A stretch of DNA of 64,000 bases from Mizuhopecten yessoensis (GCF_002113885.1 NW_018408252.1:389188-453187); one strand, 5' to 3'; positions 12,147 to 25,755 are shown, counted from the first letter of the stretch. Numbers and translations are program-made. Notes: generated from the sequence alone by a model not told the origin.

Positions 12147-13470
12147 GTTAGTTAGTTAGTCCTCTTCGTGCTGGGTTGCATATAAGGCCACCATCACCAG
12201 AGGTTCCCATTCCTGTCTGTCTTGTGACCACTGGTGTATTTGTCCCCATATCCAGTATTTCTCTTTCAGTTCTCTCTCAGCAGACCGCCGCCAGGTTTCC
12301 TTTGGTCTTCCTCTCTTTCTTTTTCCTGGTAGTGTCCACCTTCTTGCTACCCTAGGGATGGAATCTGGGTGCATTCTAGATCCGGAGACATGTCCAATCC
12401 ACCTCCATCTTCCTGCTTGACTTCTGATGAAAGAGGAATGGTGTTTGTCCTCTGATACAACTACTCATTTGAGATGATCTGTGGCAAGAAGATGCGCAAA
12501 ATTCTGCGGAGGCATCGAGTTTGGAAGACATTCGGCTTGTTGTTAATAGCATTTGTTGTCTTCCAGGATTCTGCGCCATACAGAAGGACACCCAGTATGT
12601 TGCTTTTGAAATCCTTAATTTGGTGTTGGTGCTTATCTTGGTGGACTTCCAGATGTACATTAATCTCAAAATTACCATCTGCCGTGATTTTGCTTCCTAG
12701 GTAGACACATTCATTCATTTCCTCGATGTCTGATGCATTTAGGGTAATGTATTCATTTGATCTGGTGCTGACTTTCATAATCTTGGTTTTGCTGACATTG
12801 ATGTTAAGTCGAACGTCCTATCTGTTTTGCTGTTGTAGCCAGATGGTTGGTTTTGCATTGTATATCTTGATATCGATGAGACAGCAGCATGGTATCGTCT
12901 GTGAAATCTAGATATTCCAGCATCTCTCTAAATGTCCAACTAATCCCGCTGTTTGTATTTCTTGTGGTCATTTTCATTATCCAGTCTATGCAAAATGTGA
13001 AGAGTAACGGGGAACGCAAACACCCCTGTTTTATCTCTGTCCGCAGTTTGATCGCCACTGTTAGACTTGATCCACATATCACACTGGTATTGAAGTCTGC
13101 ATATAGCATCCTCATGATGGAGATGAGTTTGTCTGGGATACCGTAGTGTTTGAGTAATCTCCACAAGGCCAACCGGTTGACACTATCGAAAGCCTTTGTG
13201 AAGTCAATGAAGTTGATATACATTGACGAGTTCCATTCCTTACTTTGCTCTACTATTTGTCTGAGGGTAAATATCTGGTCCGCACATGATCGTCCCTTTC
13301 TAAAAACTGCTTGTTTTTTTCTTTGCTTTTTTAACTTTATCGATACTAGGTGGTTCTTTATTGATGTCTAAGATGTCCTCGACCGATGTAATGACTGCTT
13401 CTATTTCTGGGTCTTCCATATTGAACACCTTCTCAAAATGATCTTTCCAGCAATTCAAAACGTCATCTTC
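12147..13470 (-). mobile_element. Decayed RTE-clade LINE (reverse transcriptase and C-terminus)
   Basis: Frameshifted ORFs: FIDFTKAFDSVNR..YGIP, KQGCLRSPLLF, LDFTDD, VYLGS, LLYGAESW, CLRRILRI, GKRKRGRPKETWRR; (CTAA)n tail. Confidence 0.92.
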
Positions 13471-13661
13471 TTTTGATAATAGTTTATATAATATCAACAA
13501 TTACATCTTTTATTTTTTCAATATTGTCTTTTGGTTTCTATAAGAACGTTGTATACTGAAAATTATTCTTTGAAAACAGTGTAATTTGCATACATGAAAA
13601 CATGTTGCAGAAATGGTATTCTTCACTGCTGTACTCAAAGTATAAGCTATCATATTTGCAG

Positions 13662-14336
13662 GCTGAAGTATGGAAACGTGGAATTTGGAGAACACACGGG
13701 CACGCATGTGGACTCCTAAAGGTGCATGGGGTGCGGGGGTGGGGGGATGGAACAGCTGATGGGTCCGGGTGTGGTGATCAATGTCAAGGCCAAGGTCGCC
13801 AGTAACATAGACTATCGAGTAACTGACCTAGATCTGATGGCATGGGAGGAAAATCACGGCCCAATTCCATCAGGAGCTATTGTACTGATGAACTCTGGCT
13901 GGGGCTCCCGTTATCCTGATTTTGTACGAGTCTACAACTCCTCAACATACAGGGAGGACCTTTTATCGCTCCACTTCTCTGGCTTCCACGAGAGTGCTGC
14001 GCAATGGCTTGTCAACAAGCGTGACGTACATACCCTAGGAGTCGACACACCCTCAGGTGACTACGGACAGAGCGGATTGTTCCCGGTTCATCGAATTGTG
14101 ATGAAGGAAGGAATCCTTATAATCGAAAATGTGGCAAATATGGACAAACCTCCCGACAGTGGTTCTTTTGTCTATGTCCATATGATCAAATTCAAAGGAA
14201 GAATTGTGCGCCTGCGCAGATGTACGCCGCCATTGAAGACAAAGGAGACAGAACAAACGGTGCATCAGCTGCGATCTCTCGTGTGTCGACTGTTGGCTGT
14301 ATGATTGTTGTATCATTATATATGACCTGTCTCTAA
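13662..14336 (+). pseudogene. Cyclase-family pseudogene, exon 2 of the inverted paralogue
   Basis: Near-identical to 1051-1735 and the acceptor tttgcag is kept. GACTCCTAA gives a frameshift/stop inside the metal motif, followed by a G-rich replacement; second frameshift at ~14205; exon 1 absent. Confidence 0.92.
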
Positions 14337-14869
14337 ATGCGGGGGTATTTTATCACAATATTGACTGACTTACCGAACTAATGAGTAAACTTGAGTGTTG
14401 TTTACTAGAAAAGAATGATGTTTTTTTTTGCTGCAAACAGTTGTTACATTGTTTTTCGATTTATTATTGATCGAATAAAGGCAAAGGATAATCGTGAAAT
14501 TTAAATTTAGATATTGTATTTATCGATATAAATCAAACTTTAAATAGGCGTTATTCTGCCAAATGAATTGATGTAATATTTGGAACAAATCGGTAAAAAA
14601 TAATTTGAAATACTTGTTTTTGTGGCAGTATTAACAGTATATCAAATGTTAACTGTTGTTTACCTACATGTATAGTGTCATCTTCAAACTCATATACAGC
14701 CAAGTCACGATCATGATTATTCCAGATAGTATGGACATATTTTTATGTATTTTCAAAGAATATCCCAGTGATCCAGCAGTTTCATGATCTTGTCATTTTA
14801 TCTGGAAAGACAATTTGCACAGATCGACGAAGGATGACAGCTTAGGCGGTTAATAAAAGTAACGAACAG

Positions 14870-15040
14870 TTTTATAATATTAGGACCGCACACATTATCT
14901 GTATCAACCTTAGGTGAGTAATGATAGTAACAGATAGTTTTTGGACATTAGGACCACACACATTATCTGTATCAACCTTAGGTGAGTAATGATATTAATA
15001 GATAGTTTTAGGACAAAAGGACCACACACATTATCTGTTT
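14870..15040. repeat. ~68-bp tandem repeat, about 2.5 copies
   Basis: aggaccacacacattatctgtatcaaccttaggtgagtaatgat repeated. Confidence 0.85.
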
Positions 15041-15624
15041 TAGATGAGATGAACTCAAAGATGGTGAGGAAATACCAGATGCCTGAGTTCCCGGACTCCG
15101 TTAGTCGATTTGCATAATGCCTGTAATTGGTTGAAATTCCACATTTTAGTGTCGATGATGGACCTACATTGAAATGAAGTGAATGTATTAGTGAACAGAT
15201 TTTATGAACAAATCTTTATCGAATCCACGTATTTCATTTTTCAGTTTCTAGGATGATTGTGTTTCAACGTTGATTAATCAGCTACACACATATCGTTTAA
15301 GTGTACTGCGTTCGAATAGTTTTCAACAAAAATGAACCATCGCAATTAGGGCATTACTAAAATAATTTGTAAACCAAACACAGCCTTGGGTTTTAATGAT
15401 TTTGTTAAAGTTGTTTCGTATCTAATACAAATATTATCAAAAGCCAATTTATTTCATCGCTTTAAGACACTTTCACGTGATAATATGTCCAAAAATAATG
15501 TATTGTTCACATACAGTAATCAATATACCTGGATAATCAACAACGCGGCAGAACAATACGTGGTTAGTGTTATGTTATATGCGATATATGCGATGAAATA
15601 GATCAATAATATTATAACAATAAT

Positions 15625-15975
15625 AATAATGATATTCGAGGTTCTTATATACCGCTTTATCACAACCTAGTTCGTAAGCCGTCTCAAAGCGGTTCACAAA
15701 TTATTATCCGTGGTTATAGGGCTTTTGCAACCAGCCAATACCTTTCTCAACTCCCTGGGGAGCATACAGCCGGAGCTGCCATTTCGGCGCTAACGGCTAG
15801 CGTTCAACAATTCTAGCACTGCCCAACCACGTACTCATTTACAGCTGAGTAGACTAGAACAAGCGGAGTAAAGAATATTGCTCAAAGATACAACACAGTG
15901 CCGTGACGTGACTCGAACGTGCAAGCCTTCGGTCACGAGCCCGGCGTCCTACCACTACACTACCGTGCCTCCTGT
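15625..15975 (-). mobile_element. tRNA-derived SINE family A (CORE-like), full length
   Basis: A box ggtagtgtagtgg, B box gttcgagtc, CORE-like gtatctttgagcaa..ctactcagctgtaaatgagtac, (ATT)n tail; three other copies in the window. Confidence 0.85.
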
Positions 15976-16160
15976 AGCCCCGCGTCCTACCACTACACTA
16001 CCGTGCCTCCTGTAGCCAGGCGTCCTACCACTACACTACCGAGCCTCCTGTAGCCCGGCGTCCTACCCCTACACTACAGTGCCTCCTGTAGTCCGGCATC
16101 CTACCACTACACTACCGTGCCTCCTGTAGCCCGGCGTCCTACCACTACACTACCGTGCCT
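15939..16160 (-). repeat. 38-bp tandem array of the SINE 5' head, about 6 copies
   Basis: Unit cctaccactacactaccgtgcctcctgtagcccggcgt is the reverse complement of the SINE start. Confidence 0.92.
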
Positions 16161-17782
16161 TCATTTGTTACGTTTTTATGATTTGAATAAAAATATTGAA
16201 TCAAATTTAACATTATCTAAGAAAGCATTATTCTTACTTGTATTTAATTTACACCAGTATAAGGCAGGTGACAGTATTGTACCTCATGTAAATACCTTCT
16301 TTTATAATTCATAGTGCTCTATATTAGTAAGTTTGAGCCTAGTTTTCCCCCTACTGATATGTGAGTTCCTTTATCCAACTAACAACTTTGTAATGTACTG
16401 ATTAAGTTCCATTATTTAATATCTTTTAGAATACATTTGAATACATCAGAGTATTAAGAAGTATTATTTTCCCAATACATGATATAAATGAAAAGTGAAA
16501 TGTGTGTAGTTTTCTTTCACACTGGTGATGATGATGATGATGATGATGATGATACTATTCTTTGGAACCATATACAAGTTATATCATATCTCAGGTAAAT
16601 ATAGTACATATATGATACAAACTATAATTACCCTCCCTTTGATGTTTCTACCTATTGTTCTAAAGATGTATGCGTTCATGGAACACCCCAGACTACCGTG
16701 CCTCCAATATGACTCCTGATATATAACAGCTTTGGTTTATGCAGATTTATATGCCGTTACAAATCTAAAATCAATTTTATCGTTTGATTTTGGTTTCAAA
16801 GGAGAAGTTGATGGAAAGTTCAAAAATATTTAATGCTGGAGATATAAGAAAAACGCGTTCAGCCTTTCTATTAGTTAACGATAATCAAAAAATATTGATG
16901 ACAAATCATAAAAAAATGGAAATCAATTATGTTATTTGAATCTATTTTACAAGTAGTAGCGGCTGCCACTATCACAATGATCTTTAGGTCTAAAGCAGGC
17001 AGAAAATGTCAAAAAGTTGTAAAATACCCGACTCAAACAATTTCTGTTCATGGACAAGTTTCAGTTTATTTGACAGCCTAATTATACCATAGGTTTGCTT
17101 CGCGAAAGAAAAAATACTGTATGATATGTAAACATAGTACATTGTTTACGGCTATAAGTCTCCTAAAGGGACATTCATACGAACAGACGTTGTTGGTAAG
17201 TATTTGATGTTTTAAACCCAGTGCCGAGCGATCTGCGTTTTATACAAAATAGCTTCATTACCTGTTCAAACAAAAAATATCTTATGTTATCAATAACCAC
17301 AAAAAATATATTTTTCTAACAGAGGGACAGCTGAAAGGTTTACTGACTGTGGATAGCAAATAGATAAATACACAACATTTGATATAGCGCCCTATCTAGC
17401 TAGAATAAACCACGCTAAAGCGCTTAAGAGTACATAGACATACAATTTATATAATCCATACAATTAGCATATATACACGAATCAATATAATTTTGAGAAC
17501 TTCGCAGGAGCTGCCTTAGCAGGCGCTAACTAATAGCCCTATGCCACCTGGCTAATATCTCCCTATGTGCATATGCCTGAGTGTGTGCTGAAGATGTATT
17601 GTGTTCTGTTTTTGTAGTGTGACCGTGCTTCCAACGGTATCATTTATAGTGCAATCTCACTTGATTGCTCAAGCGCAGATACCGCAACATCCACCTCAGA
17701 CCATTTTTATACTCCACCTGGGTTGTTGGAGTTGCGTGTGCAGGAGAAAAACAATTTCTCTGAATATTCAATGCGTACGACC

Positions 17783-17935
17783 AAAATGGCAGCACCTGCT
17801 GTATGCTCCCAGGGGGGTTGAGAAAGGCATTGGCTGGTTGCAAAGGCCCTATAACCACGGATAATAATTTGTGAACCGCTTTCAGACGACCTAAAAACTA
17901 GGTTGTGATAAAGCGGTATATAAGAATCTCAAATT
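17783..17935 (+). mobile_element. SINE family A, 3' half
   Basis: aaatggcagc..gtatgctcccagggg..gttgtgataaagcggtatataagaa. Confidence 0.85.
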
Positions 17936-20773
17936 AATATTATGCTGTTAGGGTTTGTCCTTGAATACCTGAACATGTACAGGCTAACAGTTGCGAATGA
18001 TTGTTTGTAAAATCCTTCCAATTCTGGATACTGAAAACAGTTTTATGGCAATAAGATATCTTTAGACATGTAAAACATAAATCTGTGAGTGGTGTCTGTA
18101 CACGAAGATCTTTATATGTAAACTTAAAGATAATGTACCATGTAAATAATCGTATGTAAAGAGCCACCCGAATCCCTTTTATGCATATGTAAACGGAAAC
18201 ATTCGAACAATACATCCTAGATCACAGCACAGATGTAATTGATCTCAGAGACGGTTGTCCAGCAGTGAGCTTGTGGTCAGCGCTTTGATAGGACTGTTTA
18301 GCCGGGAAGGATGCCAGACACAGGATGTTGCATATGGCTACTGCCCGCGTGCTTACTTCTCGCGGAAGGTAAGTAATAAATATATACATCTTTGATTCCA
18401 AAAACATTGGGTACATAACCCTCTTTCCAGAGCATCTGTTTTCGTGTGTTGTTGGGCTTCCTGATGTCTTTGTTAGGTGCCCCCTTGGTTCCTTTAGTCA
18501 TGTTTCTGTATCAAAAGTAGTCATTTAACACGTTGGTACTCTTTTCTGTAGAATACTCAAAATAGAGTTGTTAACATTTTTCTTAATTTCATAAGATATA
18601 TAGAAACCTAGCTGCCGGTATAAATGTCAAACGATAAACAGCCATTATTCAATAGTGTAAATATTATATCGTTTAATCGTAAAAGGTTATATAATATCGA
18701 CAGTTTTCTGTGTAGGTGTTTATTATATGTTAACAATCCCCATCAATCTCTTTGCCAACAACTTGCGATACTCTTGGCCAAATGTTCTTCGTGACTTTTA
18801 GACACGTTCTCATCGTTTGCAAACCCTAGAAATGTTATGCTGTAACACAAATGAGTTGTTTCGTTGCTAAGCTGTAAACAAGTTGTTACAAAGTCTGTTT
18901 GAGGATAGCAAATACCATTTTGGTTAAGACTGGCTTGTCAAAATGGAACGCTGTATTTTAATTCGATGTTAAAAATAAATCAAAGTACTGAAAGTACTGA
19001 AAGCTAAGGCAAAAGATATATATATATTATTTTTGGAATGGAGAACAAAATAAAGACGAAGTTCCCATCATATTGTACAGGAGGATTTACTGTTAATTTG
19101 TTATGAATCAAAGTTTTATGTAAAAGTGTACCACTGTGAAGTTATTCTTCTTGTGTGTACAGTATATCTTTATAGGTTTGTCAGAAGAAGGGTACCAAGT
19201 TTCCTCTAGAATATATCATTTTAGACCTTTGGATAATTAATTTGCATAGGAATTAGGAATTGCTTCCCTTTGTCCATACAATGTATTTCATAGAACATTA
19301 AAAACTGAAACTGGCATTTACCCCTTTGACCAATACCTGATTATTTTAAACCATTGAATAGATTATGCACAGATTGTGAACATCTTTGAACTTTGCCTTT
19401 GTTGTTGAATAAGATATCAACCCTTGCCTTATCTAACAAAGTTACTTGGCATAAAACCATTGACCAATCAGAGTACAGTATGCTAATTAATTAGGCATGG
19501 ATTTCACTCAACTTTGAACTTATCGTCTAAGTTTGTATATTGATCAATATATATTCAAGCAAGTTATCTTGTAAAGTGTGCACATCGACCAGGGTTGGCA
19601 TGCTTTTTAATACGTGTGAATTTTGTTCAAGTTTCAATTTTGCATCAGTCAGTGTATATTGTTACAGAACAATATTTATAAGGATGTTTACTTGCCGAAA
19701 CTAAATTGTGGATAAGCAAGTGGATTACTGCTACCTATAAATTTACAAGTCTCTCAATAATTTTGAAAAACTTTTAAATAAAGTGTTTTACATATTCACT
19801 GCAGTGAAAAGGTCTCTTCTTATGAAAAATGGAACTATTTTGAATCTGTGTTCCCATGAACAAATAATATAAAAAGCACTCTAATTCAATATGATACATT
19901 GTTGTATGTTTCAATATTGAATAAGATAAACAAAATATAAACATACATACTCACACACACACACAAGATTAGGAGAGTTACATTATTTTCCCTCTATTTC
20001 CATTGCATAAATTCTTCACAAAGAAAACAACAACTTTATAGCATATGTTCAGCTTTATCATCTTCATAGGCTAGCATTTGAAATAAGATGCACATATTAA
20101 TTTCAAATACATTTCAAAAGAGTACTGCAAATGTACCAGCTAGAACACATACTATGTTATTACAGTTGTCATGATTGTTGGTTTCAGAACTGATAGCATT
20201 GTGCAACAAATGTTGACAACAGGACTTATTGAAAGTTGAGGTTGCTTGTGTATATGCAAACAGGTAGTGCATGATTTAATGTTGAGAATGATGGATCAAG
20301 GTTTATAAAATTTGGTTTGAATACTTAGTTAGGAATGCACTGACAATTTCTCTGTCACATGTACATGAACAGGTTGTGAAGCTGTAGCCTTCACCTTGAC
20401 TGAATGAAATTGACCTTAAAACTGTCTTGAACAATTGATGTATGAAATTTAGAAATGAAGTTTCAAGAAATATGGTTGAAAACTTAAGAAATAATTGCTT
20501 TCATTGACATTGATACAATCTTGTGTGCTATCCCTCTCATATATCACACAAGATTTAATATCAAATGTTGGACACAGTAAAATCGAGCGAAGTTAACAAA
20601 TATCAAGTTACATATTATAACTTTTATTTTATTTTATTGATATTGATCATAAGCATTGTTAAAAGTACAATGTATACCAGGGATCTTACATTTCTTTTAC
20701 TACTTAACATTTGCGTTGACTTTTAATTCATTGGACAAAAACTAAAAGGAAGCCATGACCAGTATTTCTATCT

Positions 20774-21308
20774 TTAAAAACATACTTTTAATTTTTTTTC
20801 CAATTTGCTCCCACCACCCATAGTGTTATATTGATCAAAACAAACGTTGTTTCCAACATTTGTGCCCTTAGTCAGTAGTGGGTGTTCAATCACATTCATC
20901 AGGGTTTCAGCATCAAGTAGGGGCTGTTCAATCACATTCATCAGGCTTTCAGCATCAATATTCACAGATTCAATCTGTTCCAAGTAAAGATCACTGACTT
21001 CTCCATTAAGGAAAAGTTTGCGAGGAAAGCATTTGAACTACATTTGAACTATTCGCTGATGGAAGGATCTGTGGACTCGGCTTTCATGTGTCTGAGAGAA
21101 AATGATTTAGTCAGAGGTTCCTCCTCTATAAAGTAACTGACAGATTTCAAAATGTCATGTCACTGTTGGTATAGTTCTTGCAGCCTTTTGAAAAAGTTCA
21201 TGAAGTCCTCAAAGGTATGAGAGAGTTGGTACAGTTCCTATTTCTCATCCTCCTTTCTCCCATCAATAACCATCCCTGTCTGTTGTAATATTGATTGCTT
21301 TCCCCCCC
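20774..21308 (-). pseudogene. Decayed coding exon of unknown family
   Basis: One continuous frame after ttttag acceptor if three stops (TAG, TGA, TAG) are read through and an 11-bp tandem duplication (tagttcaaatg) is removed; internal 42-bp duplication. Confidence 0.4.
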
Positions 21309-22370
21309 TAAAATAGAACATAGTTACCATATAATTTCTGCACCAGCAATAATGTTTAGAGATGATATTCAAACAAATAGGAGGCATAGCAATATGAGCT
21401 TGTATAGTGAGAAATAAGGCATTAAAGCTGAGGAGTTCATTAAAATGTTTCAAAAACATTTCAATAAGTCAATCTCTTTGGTAGCAGAACTAAATATAAA
21501 CAAAATGTACATTAAATTCAACTTATAACAGCACATCATATGGGGGCTTAAGACATCTAATTCCTTAGGTGGTAAAACATGTGTACATAAAAAGGTACCA
21601 GTAAAAACAAAACAAAATTAGTTTAAACACACGCACTTAGATATTCACGGTTTTCATTAATACAAAAGATGAAGCAGAACATCACTCTCCCCTGGTTGTT
21701 TCCATAAAGAAGAAATTAACCAGGAAACATGGAGATGTCCATTGCACTCCTTTATTTTGCTTACAATGTGCAAATGTGCCTACTATGTGCTAATAAGCTT
21801 TCCATGTTATGGTTTTGTTTTTTATGTGCTGTATGCAAATGTTCTAAATGTGCTTAAATTACCATGTGCTGATGTGCTTACCGTGTTCAATGTGCCTATT
21901 AAGTGCTTTCCAAGTGATAAACTCTTTTTCTGAGCTTACAGTATACTACATGTACATACATGTTTTTATTTTATTTTTCCATGTTGTAATATTTTGGTCT
22001 CTGTTATTATACTCATGTTTTGTCTTTGTAGCTTATGTTGTATGTTTTGCAAAATGGACGTAAAATATATATTTTTGTATCTTGTACGTGCTCAAGGATT
22101 TTATCTGTAGTTTTTGGGACTATATATAGAAAAACTTTACCCCAGTATGAGGAATTGTTTTACACATTTATCATAAAACAAGTTATGTTCAGATTTCAGA
22201 CAGAAGATACTCTAAAATTGTACAACTCAGAAAAGGTTGAAAAATATTTATAGTTCATTTTTTTCTGCTTAGAAATATTTAATCTCTAAATTACAAATGA
22301 TAACTGTTTTAACAGGTCTAGTTTCCGAATTGGAAACCAAACCCTGTCTGACCTATAAATGATCATTATA

Positions 22371-22702
22371 TAAGGCCAATTAAAAGTTTAAAACAAATAT
22401 TGAGTTTATGCTAACCCCACAGATACTGGACACACTAATAGTAATATGATGTGTATAAACTATGATATATTATACACACTATACTTATTGGTGTGTTCGA
22501 CACCAGTGTGGTTAACCAGACTTATCTCAGATTTGTGTTCTACAATACCCTTAAGTTTTTATATGCACTGTTAAAGTCAGAACTCCTGCTCTATATTAGC
22601 GCAGTAAAGATATTTTTCAAATTAACAATAAAATGCCTAGCTAATACATACCTACCCTATTTTTTTCTGATAGTAGAAACACAAGTAATTTGTTTGGCCT
22701 AA
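22371..22702. mobile_element. MITE with taaggccaa/ttggcctaa ends; relatives at 40847-41037 and ~41492-41668
   Basis: Matching termini and shared subterminal cctaccc/gggtagg motifs. Confidence 0.6.
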
Positions 22703-25169
22703 TGTTTCTGTCATTTCATAATATTTAGAACTACTATACTTGTTTAAGTTTCCAAAACATCAAGTAGTATAACAATTGAAACTTCAATGAAAGCCAACAT
22801 CACAATGAATCTAATAATACAATGTTTATAACATGTTTTTTTTTAACTGAATGAGAAGAAATGTAAGGCCAAATATCCTCACAAACAACGCTTAAGTGAA
22901 ATCAGTTTGCAACTAAGCAGTTCGAAAATTTTGCAACACGTCTGGAGAAAGACGTTCCTCGTGACGCTGTAATTCACTAGAGTAAAACGTCCGTTTATTA
23001 TGTTTGTTTTTGCATAATAACTGCTATACATACCGTAGAAGCACCTTCCTTTTTGTCATCGCCGCTGACAACATGCGCCATTCTCTGCGGCTTCGGCCGC
23101 ATGCTTGGCCACAAGTCACCGAAATCGGGATACATAGCCTTATTTATGAATCAGTAGTAGGTAAACGTTGCAGAAGTGTATGTATATTGTTCATTGTCAA
23201 TGCTGCTTAAACAACATGCCTAACATTAAGTCAACACTCGCCTGCATTTTCGTCTTTTCCGCTTCGCGTTGCGAATGATGTCTAGGCCTACACAAAACGA
23301 AAGTAAAATGTGCGCATGTCTAAATGTAAGGGAGATCACTCGTGTTTTCCCGCAGTATATGTCTGAAATCATTCCGAAGGTGTTGTTGTTTTTGTGTATA
23401 TTGAAATAAAAGAGTCCTGTTATATGGTAATACTTCAATAAACGAAAAACACAAATCACACCAACAGACATATAAAATGTAGGCCTATCGGAGCATATTT
23501 TCGTTTCTGGCTGAGCTGTAATTAGCGAGAAGGCGATATAAAAATGCAATAGCATATCTTATGATGAAAATAGAACAAAATGATAATACTGCGAAGGTAA
23601 AAAAAGCCTTCAGGTTAGAATACCAATATGGAACTAGAGAAGGACAGTGGCTAGTTCTAACATGATTCCCGGTCTCATCTGCCCCGGCCGGTTGATCCCA
23701 TTTTAGTTAGGCAAGCCTGGTGTGAATCACACGGAGGCGATTTTAGAATTAATTGACAGGATCCGTATCCATTAATAGGTTTGTAATATGAACTTTTTAT
23801 GTTGATCTCCTACATAATTGTAAGTTATACTCCGCCTTATATTTCGTTAAATTATCAAGTTTACGTAACAAGTGCAAGCGAAATCCTAATTGACTGCCAT
23901 GTTGGAAACTTCCTCAATCTTTCCGATATAGGTCAGACGTCTAAATATGGGTGTCATGACCAAATATGGAAATTGTAGTAAACATGACCGCATCAGTAGT
24001 AATACTATATTTGGCCGTGAAGGCCATATAAGGAAACGGATAACATCACGCGTGATCTAACATGGCCGTCGTTTCTGTTTTTAGAGTTTTTAGTAAGGAT
24101 TTGTTATTTCAACGATGAACGAATATGCAATATTTTGATAACATTATAATCATATGAAGCGTGAATCATATATATTATTACTGATTAGCACTTTTGATTT
24201 TCCTCAGTTAGTTGGAACAGGACTGCTTCATAGCTCTGACCACGCAATATATAAATGTAAACAGGGACGTAAATGTCACCAATTTTAGCCAATCACAGGA
24301 CAATATTTCCGTGTAAAGGGTTAATCCAGCGACAGTTCCAAGAGTAAATACGAAGTTTTAGAAGGATACTTAGTTCTTACTAAGAATAAGATTATATCCA
24401 ATGACGTGTGAGTGAACTTGAGTCCGTGGTAATGGATTTTATTTGCAGTTTGTTTAGTATTACTGGTAGGTGACGTTATGTCTCGTTTATGAATATCTGA
24501 GCTCATTAACTGAAGTATTTTTACCGGAAGTTGCGTGTAGCATGCATGACCTACAGTCAAGTAGCAGTTCCCGATTGAGATAAACAGGGTGCATTTTCAA
24601 TAAGAATACGACGTTGTGATAAGATCATATGTTCTACAAAGGAAAGGAATGATATTTACAAGCCATTCAAGTGCATTTGAGTCCAAAGTTACGCATAATA
24701 AAGACAGTAGGTCCGGTATATGATTCAATTTAGTACCAGTGGGTACCGCTAGAGGCCGTCTGTGTGAAATCGACATTTATGAATATCTTGAGCTCATTAA
24801 CTAAAGTAATACCAATAGCTGGCGGCTAACGCCTTAGCTAAAAAGGTAAAAAAAACAATAAAAAAAAACAAAAACATCATGGTAATGCAAAGCACATAAA
24901 GAAAAACAACCTCTTTAACAAGACAGGCCATTCGGATTAATATGTCTTGCCTGTGCCCCGCTATGACCATCAATGCACATTAAAACGCAAAAACTTAATG
25001 TTGATGGATATGCTAACAAAGACAATGGACTATGAAAGATAGGCCGCATCCAGCATTTGACATATGGGTTAAGAGGTATTGTTACCTGACTCGCTATATA
25101 AATGCATATTAATAAATTTCGACTGTTTCCCAGACAATTCACCAAACGAACTATAGGTAATGTGTGCTA

Positions 25170-25322
25170 CCGTAAAACTGTTGACTGGTCACCGTAAAAC
25201 TGTTGACTGGTCACGTGAAACTGTTGACTAGTCACGTGAAACTGTTGACTGGTCACGTGAAACAGTTGACTGGTCACGTGAAACTGTTGACTGGTCGCGT
25301 GCAACTGTTGACTGGTCACATG
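25170..25322. repeat. 21-bp tandem repeat, about 7 copies
   Basis: Unit gtgaaactgttgactggtcac. Confidence 0.9.
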
Positions 25323-25467
25323 TTAGGTAATCGAACGCACCTATAATTACAAGCACCCCGATGACCAAGCGTTTTTGGTACTGGATTGTTGACGGTTGTC
25401 TGTCGGTAGATCTAAACATCACATTCGACATAGAACTTTTTGGTTTTTCATTGGTCAAGTAACAAAA

Positions 25468-25577
25468 CAGTTGTTTCATGCCTTATCAGTCAACAGTCAA
25501 AACTATTTTCCCGAGGAGTTGGGACCCTCCAGATGAACTGTTTCCCGAGGCCGACTGATAAGGCATGAAACAACTGT
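25468..25577. mobile_element. Mini inverted-repeat element
   Basis: Perfect 24-bp inverted repeat cagttgtttcatgccttatcagtc / gactgataaggcatgaaacaactg. Confidence 0.75.
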
Positions 25578-25579
25578 AT

Positions 25580-25755
25580 ACTACCTACTATGCATATATG
25601 GTGCAAGTTTGGTTGGGCTAGCACTCATACTTTTAGTGAAATTAACTTAGACGCAGAAACTTAATGCTGACGCCGCCTCCGCCGCCGTCGCTGCCGCCGG
25701 AAAAAGCAACACCTTAGTCTCGCTTCCGCTACTTCGTGGCGGCGAGACAAAAAAC
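25580..25755 (+). mobile_element. 3' end of a non-autonomous Helentron-like (HINE/pearl-type) element
   Basis: (GCC)n microsatellite, terminal hairpin gtctcgc..gcgagac, A-run. Confidence 0.55.

Noticed and set aside
13726-14304. 192-aa ORF as a functional second enzyme
   Set aside because: Lacks the signal exon and an in-frame metal-binding motif; the C-terminus is frameshifted.
17090-17200. Candidate first exon of the mucin-lectin gene (strong gtaagt donor)
   Set aside because: The ATG-containing frame ends in phase 0 whereas exon A needs phase 1, and there is no convincing signal peptide.
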